Shown: piece after piece, positions 17,885 to 26,543 of the stretch
How positions within the stretch are numbered: position 1 is the stretch's first letter
Layout: every line of letters starts with the position of its first letter
Program-made: the position numbers and the translations under genes
Notes under the pieces: generated by a model
What the model was told of the DNA's origin: nothing
Database searches by the model: none
What the model saw: only the letters and a program-made list of their open reading frames with translations
Assembly (NCBI GenBank): GCA_965220925.1
Contig: OZ244851.1
Span: 1,500,040 to 1,564,039 of the forward strand
DNA: 64,000 bases
Direction of reading: 5' to 3'
From: Thermodesulfobacteriota bacterium
GTDB taxonomy: Bacteria > Desulfobacterota_D > UBA1144 > Nemesobacterales > Nemesobacteraceae

Positions 17885-19977
17885 TGGAACAGCCTCGCAT
17901 CATAGGGCATGTAGTTGCTGTCAATGGCTTCAGGCTGAAAGTGGAACTTTCCCCTGACGCAAGGTCATCGTCTCGGGCCACGCCGGATGGGGTGCAGCGC
18001 GCAGTCGCCATTAACTCCTTCCTGACATTTGACGTGGGGGCTGGCACACATGCAATCGGGCTGCTCAGCGATCTTGAAGCTCGGGAGAGCTACGACCCGA
18101 CCCGTGACGAAGAGCTTTCTCTGGAACTGACGAAGCCACGGCGGATCGCGTCAGTACAATTGCTTGGAACGGTGAAGCAGACTGGTAAATCCAGATGGAA
18201 ATTTGATCCAGGCATAACGGTCCTGCCGACTCTTGATACGCCAGCTGAGGTCGCAAATCCCGCTGTTCTGTCAGGTATCTTCGGTCATCCGCCCAAGCGG
18301 AACAAACCGCGCTGTTGGTCAGATGGGAGTTACGACTTTCCACTGGAACTTGGCCATCAAACAGGTGACGAGAATGTGCGAGTGAAAGCATCCTTCAATG
18401 ACCTTTTCGCCCGGCCGATTGCAGTTGTAGGCAACACCGGGTCTGGAAAGTCGTACACTGTTGCGAGCTTAATTCGAGGCATAATAGATGATAAGAAGTT
18501 CACGATCACTTCCAAGGCGGGACCCCATATCTTCATCTTGGATATAAATGGCGAATATGCAGGTGCCTTTCCTGATAATTCTCAGTCGTCCTATGTGAGG
18601 GACCCGAACAAGATTTACCTAAACGGACAGGAATTCTGTCTACCTGCGTGGCTCATGAATGGGGAGGAGGTTTGCGACTGGCTTCAGGCGTCCGAAGCAA
18701 CACAGGAGCCCGTTCTCAAGGACTGGTGGTCGATTGCCAAGGCCAATCGAGGCGGCGCGGCATCATATGATCCTTTACAAGTCGCCATAAGAAAGATTGA
18801 TTCTGCGTTATCTTGGCTTGATGATCCGAAACAGCCGGCCGTGGGCACCTTCGACGTGTATATCAGTCACGCCCAGCAATATGCGTCTGATATTGACTGG
18901 ACTGAATTTAGTAGCATTCCATGCTGGAAGCCGAATGAGACGGATCAGTGGCGAAAGGTCGATAACGATAGGAAGGTTAGGGATAAGCTCAGCGAAATTC
19001 GATCAGGGTTGCTGGACAGGATTTCGGCGCATCAGAATGAGGGTGTGAACTTTGCCAAAACCGCCGATGCGCCTCGGTTCATCGCGGTGCGCGAGTTTTG
19101 CGATCCCAATCTGGTCGATAGATCGACTGACCAGGAAGGTAGCAAACGGATTGATCAGTATCTACTCACGTTGAAACTACGGCTTCGGACACGCCTTGAT
19201 GACAGACGCTGGCAGTCGTTTTTCAGCTATGAGGAACAGGGTATCCAGAGCTACCAGGACTGGATGCGAAAGCTCGGGTTCGGGCAAGATTCCAGTTCAA
19301 GGGTTTCCGTTGTCGACTTCTCAATGTTGTCTTCGGAGGTTCTGCCCTTCGCATGTGCGGTCCTCGGTAGGCTTCTCCTTGAAACTAGAGAAATGCTGCG
19401 TCCCGATGTGCGCAGTCGATACCCTTGGGTGCTGGTTTTAGAGGAAGCCCACAACTATGCGAGACCGTCAGGTTATGTAGAAGACCGAGGACAAAACCTG
19501 TCTAGGCGCGCATTCGAGCGCGTCGCCAAGGAGGGGCGTAAATTTGGATTGTCACTCATTGTGGCCAGCCAGCGCCCCAGTGAGATAAGTCCTACGATTA
19601 TTAGCCAGTGCGCCAACTTCTTCTCCCACCGGCTCCAAAACCCAGATGATATCGACCATTTCCGACGCATCATTCCTAAACAGGCCCAGCGACTTCTTGA
19701 TCAGGTGACTGTGCTTGCAGCGGGCGAAGCGATTGTATTTGGCAGCTCCGTCCACGTTCCTACACGTGTTCAAATCAAGCTGCCGATCCAAGAGCCATGG
19801 AGTTCGACTGCCGCACCCTTTGTAGAGTGGAGCGGGGAAAAGGCGTTTCCGCTTAAGGATGTCATCGAGAACTGGGGTCTCGACAAAGAAATTCCTGAAG
19901 CCGAAGCTGTATCACCTGCTGAACATCCTGATGCAACAAGTTCGGCTTGTGAACTCGATGATGAAATTCCATTTTGA
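17884..19977 (+). CDS. herA: HerA/DUF87-type ATPase, partner of the SIR2 protein
   Basis: 697 aa. N-terminal HAS-barrel-like IGHVVAVNGFRLKVEL, Walker A VVGNTGSGKS, ILDINGEY, Walker B WVLVLEEAHNY, and GRKFGLSLIVASQRPSEISPTIISQCANFFSHRL. Confidence 0.88.
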   Translation: MEQPRIIGHVVAVNGFRLKVELSPDARSSSRATPDGVQRAVAINSFLTFDVGAGTHAIGLLSDLEARESYDPTRDEELSLELTKPRRIASVQLLGTVKQTGKSRWKFDPGITVLPTLDTPAEVANPAVLSGIFGHPPKRNKPRCWSDGSYDFPLELGHQTGDENVRVKASFNDLFARPIAVVGNTGSGKSYTVASLIRGIIDDKKFTITSKAGPHIFILDINGEYAGAFPDNSQSSYVRDPNKIYLNGQEFCLPAWLMNGEEVCDWLQASEATQEPVLKDWWSIAKANRGGAASYDPLQVAIRKIDSALSWLDDPKQPAVGTFDVYISHAQQYASDIDWTEFSSIPCWKPNETDQWRKVDNDRKVRDKLSEIRSGLLDRISAHQNEGVNFAKTADAPRFIAVREFCDPNLVDRSTDQEGSKRIDQYLLTLKLRLRTRLDDRRWQSFFSYEEQGIQSYQDWMRKLGFGQDSSSRVSVVDFSMLSSEVLPFACAVLGRLLLETREMLRPDVRSRYPWVLVLEEAHNYARPSGYVEDRGQNLSRRAFERVAKEGRKFGLSLIVASQRPSEISPTIISQCANFFSHRLQNPDDIDHFRRIIPKQAQRLLDQVTVLAAGEAIVFGSSVHVPTRVQIKLPIQEPWSSTAAPFVEWSGEKAFPLKDVIENWGLDKEIPEAEAVSPAEHPDATSSACELDDEIPF

Positions 19978-20468
19978 GATTTGTCGGTTTCAGGCGGGAT
20001 GCTGACGAAAGTTCAGGTCTGCTACTGGAATTCGTGATGGTATGGAGGTCGTCTCCGAAATTTCGATACCTCATCCGCGCCGCAGAGTCTTGTTGCTACC
20101 AGGCTAGTCAACGGTCGCTGTGCCAAGCCAGTTACCCAAGCACCGAACTTGGGGAGTAGTTCACGCCCGAACTGTCTGATTTTCGATTACCGTTGATTGC
20201 TACAGCCGGGAACATAGCACCTTCGCTACAGTTTTTTAATCAAGCGAGCCTAGTTGCCTACCTTCCTGACTGTGGGCCCTAGAACCGCTTGCGCCAATCC
20301 AGACGGTGGTCGGCGCTCTGGAGAGAGGGGCTGCCGACGTTCCCGACCATTGGCACGACGGAGAATTCAAGATGCAGACTACCAAAGCTCTCAAGGGCGG
20401 TGCCTGGACCTGACTTGTTCACAACTTCGGCCACGACTGTTGACTCATGTGTACCGCTTCGCTAGGCG

Positions 20469-22084
20469 GTTGTGAATAGCGGGCAATTTTCAGTCAGTTA
20501 AAATTAACGTCACGGTCTCCGCCTCGGATCCCTAGTTGTGAATAGCGGGCAATTTTCAGTCAGTTAAAATGTCGCGCACGGGCAGCCGGTTAACGCTTTG
20601 TTGTGAATAGCGGGCAATTTTCAGTCAGTTAAAATAATGGCGAGTTAACGAATTGTCTTTTGTCAGTTGTGAATAGCGGGCAATTTTCAGTCAGTTAAAA
20701 TAATGGCGAGTTAACGAATTGTCTTTTGTCAGTTGTGAATAGCGGGCAATTTTCAGTCAGTTAAAATTTGCCCCCTGCGGCTGACACCGCACTAGCGTTG
20801 TGAATAGCGGGCAATTTTCAGTCAGTTAAAATAGATCGTCGCGTGCTTGCCAAAATGGAAATGTTGTGAATAGCGGGCAATTTTCAGTCAGTTAAAATGT
20901 CTAATTATTTGAGGTGGGAATCTTCTCTGTTGTGAATAGCGGGCAATTTTCAGTCAGTTAAAATCTTAACGGAATCTCTTTTAACGCTTCCAAGGTTGTG
21001 AATAGCGGGCAATTTTCAGTCAGTTAAAATGATTTTGGGAAAAACAATCAAACTCGTATTGTTGTGAATAGCGGGCAATTTTCAGTCAGTTAAAATGGAA
21101 CTGTGACAAGTTCTAAAACCGTACAAGTTGTGAATAGCGGGCAATTTTCAGTCAGTTAAAATGGGCGCACCATTGAGAAGGTATTGGCATCAGTTGTGAA
21201 TAGCGGGCAATTTTCAGTCAGTTAAAATCGAATTCGGCGGGAATAGAAACGTTACCGAGTTGTGAATAGCGGGCAATTTTCAGTCAGTTAAAATAATGAA
21301 TCGGGTGGCGATGGAAATCCTCGAGTTGTGAATAGCGGGCAATTTTCAGTCAGTTAAAATCGCCGTGTCGTCGGCCGTTATGGTTATGTTGTTGTGAATA
21401 GCGGGCAATTTTCAGTCAGTTAAAATTATAAAATTTCTTCCAATACCACGCCAAATGTTGTGAATAGCGGGCAATTTTCAGTCAGTTAAAATCGAAAACG
21501 GCGCTTGCCGAAAGTGTTTTAGTTGTGAATAGCGGGCAATTTTCAGTCAGTTAAAATCGAAGGGAACAGGGAGCAGCTTGAGCGCTTGTTGTGAATAGCG
21601 GGCAATTTTCAGTCAGTTAAAATTCTTCGTTCGTGTCGTTAAACGCGACGTTGTTGTGAATAGCGGGCAATTTTCAGTCAGTTAAAATGAATACGCCCGC
21701 GACCCTAACCAGTTCCCGGTTGTGAATAGCGGGCAATTTTCAGTCAGTTAAAATATGACGACGAGGGTCTATCGCCCAGTTCTTGTTGTGAATAGCGGGC
21801 AATTTTCAGTCAGTTAAAATGGAAGCTGGTTTGACACTATCGACATTTCAGTTGTGAATAGCGGGCAATTTTCAGTCAGTTAAAATTTTAGGGAATGGTG
21901 CTTGCTTAAAGGCTTGGTTGTGAATAGCGGGCAATTTTCAGTCAGTTAAAATGCTGGAGCGTAGAGGACCGCGACTTGGCCAGTTGTGAATAGCGGGCAA
22001 TTTTCAGTCAGTTAAAATCCTCTCCGCCGAGCTCCGCGAGTCTGTCCTGTTGTGAATAGCGGGCAATTTTCAGTCAGTTAAAAT
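20469..22084 (+). CRISPR. CRISPR array with 25 identical 36-bp repeats and 24 spacers; crRNA sense is the + strand
   Basis: Repeat: GTTGTGAATAGCGGGCAATTTTCAGTCAGTTAAAAT. Repeat starts: 20469, 20535, 20600, 20666, 20732, 20797, 20863, 20929, 20995, 21061, 21127, 21193, 21259, 21325, 21391, 21457, 21522, 21588, 21653, 21719, 21785, 21851, 21917, 21983, 22049. Twenty spacers are 30 bp and four are 29 bp. Strand is assigned from tracrRNA complementarity. Confidence 0.97.
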
Positions 22085-22134
22085 ACATCTCGCTATAATG
22101 CCGTGAGGATCGGTTATCTGGGCTTCCAAACAAG

Positions 22135-22464
22135 TTAAAAAAGGGAAATTTGTTTGGGAGCCCTTTCTGTTTTCTTTCGTTTTTTTCCATAAAAAACTTG
22201 CATTTTTTCAAACTGCTTGTCTGTGACATTAATAACCCTGACTTCTCCTTTTGGTGGTAAAGCATTTCGAACCCTACCAGAATGTATGTAGGCGTTTTCA
22301 TCGCTGGAACAATGTCTGATATAAACAGAAAACTGAAGCATGGAAAAACCATCCTGAAGAAGAGACTTGCGGAATAATGCATAGGAACGTCTGTCTGCTT
22401 TAGTATCTGTGGGCAGATCAAACATTACTATGACCCACAAAGTTTTATATCCCCCGAAAATCAT
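22135..22464 (-). CDS. cas2: CRISPR-associated endoribonuclease Cas2
   Basis: 109 aa with the typical N-terminal strand WVIVMFDLPTD. It lies directly downstream of cas1 and adjacent to the array. Confidence 0.9.
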   Translation of the reverse strand: MIFGGYKTLWVIVMFDLPTDTKADRRSYALFRKSLLQDGFSMLQFSVYIRHCSSDENAYIHSGRVRNALPPKGEVRVINVTDKQFEKMQVFYGKKRKKTERAPKQISLF

Positions 22465-22466
22465 TT

Positions 22467-23378
22467 TTATATCAAAAGCATTTCTTGTTGTTTCTTGATC
22501 ATTAGACTTGGTATTTCCAAAGATTCCGGTCCATCTGTTAAAGCCTTCTTTAAACTTGCCGCAGTATGTTGTAAAGCTACCATGAATGGAAGTTTCTTAC
22601 CTCTGAATATTAAAGGTTCAGACAAAGAAGACAGTAAAAAGGATTTTGTTTTTTTGTTGATATCGGACATCTTCTTCTCCCATAGTTTGTAGACTTTTCT
22701 ATCAACAATAGGTCTGAATGGTTCCATGAGATCATCTGCTAAGCACATCGGGTTATATTGATTATGATGGTGGATACCTAAGGCAGGATGCAACCCTGTG
22801 CCACAAAGAGCACGGGCTACAGACGCTCTCAGCAAAGCATATCCATAATTTAAAAGAAAGTTTACACCTTCAGCCTTCTGATCTCTTCTAAAGTTTTTAC
22901 CAAACATAATAGGCCAGTAGACTCTCGAAGCTTGAGATTCAACATTGTCTGGATCTCCGCTTTTTACGCGTGACTTCATTGACTCTAGAGTGGAAGAATT
23001 CTTATCGAAAGTAACCAATGCTTTTATTTGAGATTCTATTTTGGCAATGACTATTTTTTGCCAGAGTCGTTTCTTTAAGGGTTTTCTCACACTAGTTTGT
23101 ATGTTTAGGATTTTGCTATGCAGGGAATTGCCGGATAATGGCAGTAGAACCGATATTGGGAGGTGTTTATGGTCGCAAAAAATAATTATGCAGTTGTTCT
23201 GCTGACAGGATGCTATTAGATTTGAAGAAATTGTTACTGAAGGACTTGATACTATTAGCACTCCCATATCTTCAATGGGGATTCTTTCAACTTCTCTTTT
23301 CTGCTGCTCAATAATAGCCTGGAGGTTTCTCGCGTGAAGATAAGATGGGGTGCTGATATCAACAATACGTTTGATCAT
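22467..23378 (-). CDS. cas1: CRISPR-associated integrase Cas1 (type II)
   Basis: 303 aa. The C-terminal catalytic region is GLHPALGIHHHNQYNPMCLADDLMEPFRPIVD. Confidence 0.92.
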   Translation of the reverse strand: MIKRIVDISTPSYLHARNLQAIIEQQKREVERIPIEDMGVLIVSSPSVTISSNLIASCQQNNCIIIFCDHKHLPISVLLPLSGNSLHSKILNIQTSVRKPLKKRLWQKIVIAKIESQIKALVTFDKNSSTLESMKSRVKSGDPDNVESQASRVYWPIMFGKNFRRDQKAEGVNFLLNYGYALLRASVARALCGTGLHPALGIHHHNQYNPMCLADDLMEPFRPIVDRKVYKLWEKKMSDINKKTKSFLLSSLSEPLIFRGKKLPFMVALQHTAASLKKALTDGPESLEIPSLMIKKQQEMLLI

Positions 23379-23389
23379 TTGTTTGATCG

Positions 23390-26300
23390 CTACCGGCAGT
23401 TAGACAGATACCCAAGTACATCTATCGATTCTTTTCGCATAGAAAAGTTTTCCATTAGTACCCTGATTCTTTTCCGCCTTTTCTGATTGTTATTTAATAA
23501 AGTTGCCGCACTATGGAGTCTCAAGATCAATCTTTTTCCATCTGGGTCGAGTGTTTGTACTCGATAAAATTCTCTCTTTCCATTTTCTTCTATGCTTACT
23601 GTATCATTAATACACAGATAGGTTATATATTCACGATCTTCCCCATGCTCAATTTTTATAATAGGTTCATTCAATGTTCTTGCCCTTTTTGCGGCTTCCA
23701 TAGTCGTTACAAACTTGGTTTCATATTTTCCGTCTTTATGATTTCTGGTTATCTCCACATGGTGATTATTTCCGTATGGCAGAATGCGCAAGATTTTATC
23801 TTTATTCCACGAAGCGGTATGTTTCCAGTAGGAATCTAATTTTAGTGTTTTTGATGCCCAGACCCGTACCCGCCGGATTTCATCCCCAGTTTTTGGGTGC
23901 AGTAAGGGCTTTTCTGGCAATTTTTTCATTGCGTTTTTTATGTTTCCACCTTGTTCCCAAACATACAATTCAATCGCTTCTTTAATTATTGGGCAAATAA
24001 TATTTTTTTTATCTCTATCAGTCATATCCGCAAGCATTTTGCGGACCACGACACCATCTTTTCCATCGGGCCCCTTTCTTATTCCATAAGCTGTTTCCTC
24101 GTGAAAAGCCCCAGTTAATTTTCTGTTTGTCGCATGCGACACTATCATCGTCTCCAGTCGCTCAGAAAGATTATCTCGAAGTTCTGGAATCTGCGGAGGT
24201 ATCTCCATTCCGTGCTCGGGTGATATGAAATCATTTTCAGACTCAGAAGCTAAATGAACGATTTTTTTATAAAGGCTACGGTTTGTGAGGGCTATTACGG
24301 TCGCGTCAATAGCGTGATGTCTGTGGTCTTCTCTATTTTTCTCGGCGGTATCTCCCAAAAGACTGTTGAGTCCCCACTGATGACGCAACCAACTCGTTGC
24401 ACCTCCTTTCGTATAAGAAATGTCGCAACCAAGGCTTTTTAAGTATTTCCCCGTCTCTCTTGATATATATCTCGTGTCATTTAGTTGGTTATTTATAAAA
24501 TTTTCGGTCCCATCAAGTTTTTTCATAAAAAATCTTTCTCTCTTCGGCAGTGGAAAATCTTTTGAAGTTGCTACAATCGCATCCCATTTGTCCGTCTCCC
24601 CAAATGCTTCCCAAGGAGTTCTGTCTCCTTTTTCTCTGTTCTCTTGGGAAAAACAGAGAACTTTATTCATGTAGGAATTGTCGAGAGTTCTTTTATAAGG
24701 CAGTATGTGGTCGATTTCTGTTTCATCAGTAAAAAGAGCGGTTTGGCTTATCATTTTCCCACTATAAGCACATTTCCTTCCGCTTTCCTCCCAGAGACGG
24801 TATTTCAGCTTGTCTTGATAACTTATGTTTTTTCGAAGATTAAGATGAGGGTTTTTATCTCTGATTATGCCGTATTGTTCTTCCGCTCTTTCGTTTGCTT
24901 TAGTATTTTCGTTCTGTCTCGCTAGAGTTTCTTTGTATCTTTTCGTATTCATTTCAAGATCTCTAGCCATTTCTATTCTTATTGCTTTCGGTTTCCCGTG
25001 TCTCTTTATAATCGCGTTAACAACGCGCCGAATTTCGTATAGAGCTTTCTGAACTATCGGATTAGGTATCCAAGGTGGAGAACGAAGCAAGTCATAATTT
25101 TCACTTTCAGTTTGATTGATTTTGTATCCGGCAGCTTCCACAGCATCGGGATATTTTTTCCCTTCTTCGAGATGAGGCAAAATTTTTCTTAGTGCTTTTA
25201 GAGATAAGTTCGCATGTTCTTCTTCTAGTTCTAAAACTGCCAACCTAGTCGCTTCTTCCTCAGAGAATCTCCAGCGATTTAAAAGACGCTTTCTTAGTCC
25301 TTTTTTAGAAGTGTATGAAACAATATCTTCAACAAGCAATAATCGGTCGTTTTCGTTAAGCGAGTCCCATTTGCTTCCAATGGTTTCTCTTATATCAAAT
25401 GCCGTAAGATTTCCTTTTAATCCGTTTTTCTTCCCTTGAACTTTTTGAAGGTTGAACTTGGTTTTCTTTTTGAGTTTTAGAAGCGTGATAAGTTTTGACC
25501 ACGTAATACGATTTGTTCTCTCAAGTTCCTCAGCAAGGGTTTTTTTCTGCCCATAGGATAACTCTATTTCAGTCTCTCCTGTCTCGGGATCTTCATAAGA
25601 GAGATTGTTTATATCCTGCCAGTAACGAAAACGCTGAAATTCAATACGGGCATGCCTACTTCTCTGAAGCTTAGGTTCCAGAGAACAGCGTCCTACCCTG
25701 TCCGGTTTTAACTTCAGAGGTCTCTGGGAGAATATGATTTTTTCAAGTTTTTCTCCTATATCTTCCGTGTAAAGCCTTGGATTGGATTCAGATTGCTTTT
25801 TCCATATTGCGTCAAACTCATCTAGATACATCGCTCGATCGGTATGACGGTCATGGAATGAACCCCTGTTTCGCTTGCGCGCAAGTCCGGCCAGATATTC
25901 TCCCAAGGTCCTGGCTCCGTGCTTGTATATCTCTTCTCTGAGTTTTTTTATTTCTCCTTTCAGTTTCCCCTCGTCTTTATCTTTCTCTCGAGCATTTTCA
26001 TCTTCTTTTTCAAGTATGGCGCGAGCGTTTCTATCGTCTTTTAAATCCCCGAACGAGGTTTTACGATTACTGAGAAACCCCCTTCGCGCACCCAAATGCA
26101 GTATGGCTCGTCCGAACTCATAAGGAGTTAGTTCTTCATCTAAAGCTTTTTTTCTTAATAGGTAAGGGTCTCCTAGACTATTAAGCTCTTCTTCTGGTGT
26201 GGGGTTGTTTTTCAGTATTTCCGGAAGAAAGCCTTTTAGGATGAGATAATTCTTGAGACGGGTTTTACGTCTGCTACGGCGTTGTATCTGTCTTCTTTGA

Positions 26301-26491
26301 AGGCGAGATTCCCTTCGTTTCCTGTTTTTAGGAGTTGGAGATTTGTCTTCAACCGAGCGGATGAATATACGACTTCCACAGTCAATAAATTCAATTGGTT
26401 GTCCATCCTGTTCCCTTATTATGCTCCAGCCAATTGAGTTGGTTCCTACATCTAATCCTATTGCGTATTCGGACAATTTTAGTCGATTCAT
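23390..26491 (-). CDS. cas9: Cas9, compact type II-C-like (1033 aa)
   Basis: RuvC-I YAIGLDVGTNSIGWSI, Arg-rich bridge helix RRESRLQRRQIQRRSRRKTRL, HNH EIDHILPYKRTLDNSYMNKVLC...ENREKGDRTP, and RuvC-III HHAIDATVIA. No csn2 or cas4 is present in the locus. Confidence 0.95.
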   Translation of the reverse strand: MNRLKLSEYAIGLDVGTNSIGWSIIREQDGQPIEFIDCGSRIFIRSVEDKSPTPKNRKRRESRLQRRQIQRRSRRKTRLKNYLILKGFLPEILKNNPTPEEELNSLGDPYLLRKKALDEELTPYEFGRAILHLGARRGFLSNRKTSFGDLKDDRNARAILEKEDENAREKDKDEGKLKGEIKKLREEIYKHGARTLGEYLAGLARKRNRGSFHDRHTDRAMYLDEFDAIWKKQSESNPRLYTEDIGEKLEKIIFSQRPLKLKPDRVGRCSLEPKLQRSRHARIEFQRFRYWQDINNLSYEDPETGETEIELSYGQKKTLAEELERTNRITWSKLITLLKLKKKTKFNLQKVQGKKNGLKGNLTAFDIRETIGSKWDSLNENDRLLLVEDIVSYTSKKGLRKRLLNRWRFSEEEATRLAVLELEEEHANLSLKALRKILPHLEEGKKYPDAVEAAGYKINQTESENYDLLRSPPWIPNPIVQKALYEIRRVVNAIIKRHGKPKAIRIEMARDLEMNTKRYKETLARQNENTKANERAEEQYGIIRDKNPHLNLRKNISYQDKLKYRLWEESGRKCAYSGKMISQTALFTDETEIDHILPYKRTLDNSYMNKVLCFSQENREKGDRTPWEAFGETDKWDAIVATSKDFPLPKRERFFMKKLDGTENFINNQLNDTRYISRETGKYLKSLGCDISYTKGGATSWLRHQWGLNSLLGDTAEKNREDHRHHAIDATVIALTNRSLYKKIVHLASESENDFISPEHGMEIPPQIPELRDNLSERLETMIVSHATNRKLTGAFHEETAYGIRKGPDGKDGVVVRKMLADMTDRDKKNIICPIIKEAIELYVWEQGGNIKNAMKKLPEKPLLHPKTGDEIRRVRVWASKTLKLDSYWKHTASWNKDKILRILPYGNNHHVEITRNHKDGKYETKFVTTMEAAKRARTLNEPIIKIEHGEDREYITYLCINDTVSIEENGKREFYRVQTLDPDGKRLILRLHSAATLLNNNQKRRKRIRVLMENFSMRKESIDVLGYLSNCR

Positions 26492-26543
26492 TATTCGGAC
26501 AGTTAGTTAATTAAATTGCTTTTGTAAAACGTATAATGTAAAC

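Larger units (their letters stand above)
16233..20468 (+). other. GC-rich foreign cassette (4,236 bp) occupying a spacer position between two CRISPR repeats
   Basis: It is bounded by the solitary repeat and array repeat 1. A hand count of one 100-nt sample of the SIR2 gene gives 55% GC. Samples of cas9 give about 33-42% and host genes about 45%. Confidence 0.8.

Noticed and set aside
20418-20425. An inverted 8-mer GTTGTGAA (the repeat 5' end) lies on the minus strand about 45 bp upstream of repeat 1.
   Set aside because: The match does not extend beyond 8-9 nt and is compatible with chance in about 500 bp searched on two strands.
19974-20475. ORFs of 61 aa (19974-20159) and 73 aa (20254-20475) lie in the tail between herA and the array.
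   Set aside because: They are Arg-rich, typical of random frames in GC-rich DNA. They have no SD, and the second runs into the CRISPR repeat. The region is treated as non-coding or decayed sequence.
20505-22048. I looked for possible self-targeting spacers matching elsewhere in the window, especially the SIR2-HerA cassette.
   Set aside because: I found no match by eye. A 30-mer search cannot be done reliably without tools, so this is neither confirmed nor fully excluded.
22094-22099. A consensus TATAAT lies just after the last repeat and points into the 3' end of cas2.
   Set aside because: There is no matching -35 and nothing obvious to transcribe except antisense cas2. It is probably fortuitous in AT-rich sequence.
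22074-22421. A 115-aa minus-strand ORF overlaps cas2 and runs into the last CRISPR repeat.
   Set aside because: It is an alternative frame of cas2. The cas2 frame has the family motifs, whereas this frame would begin inside the array.
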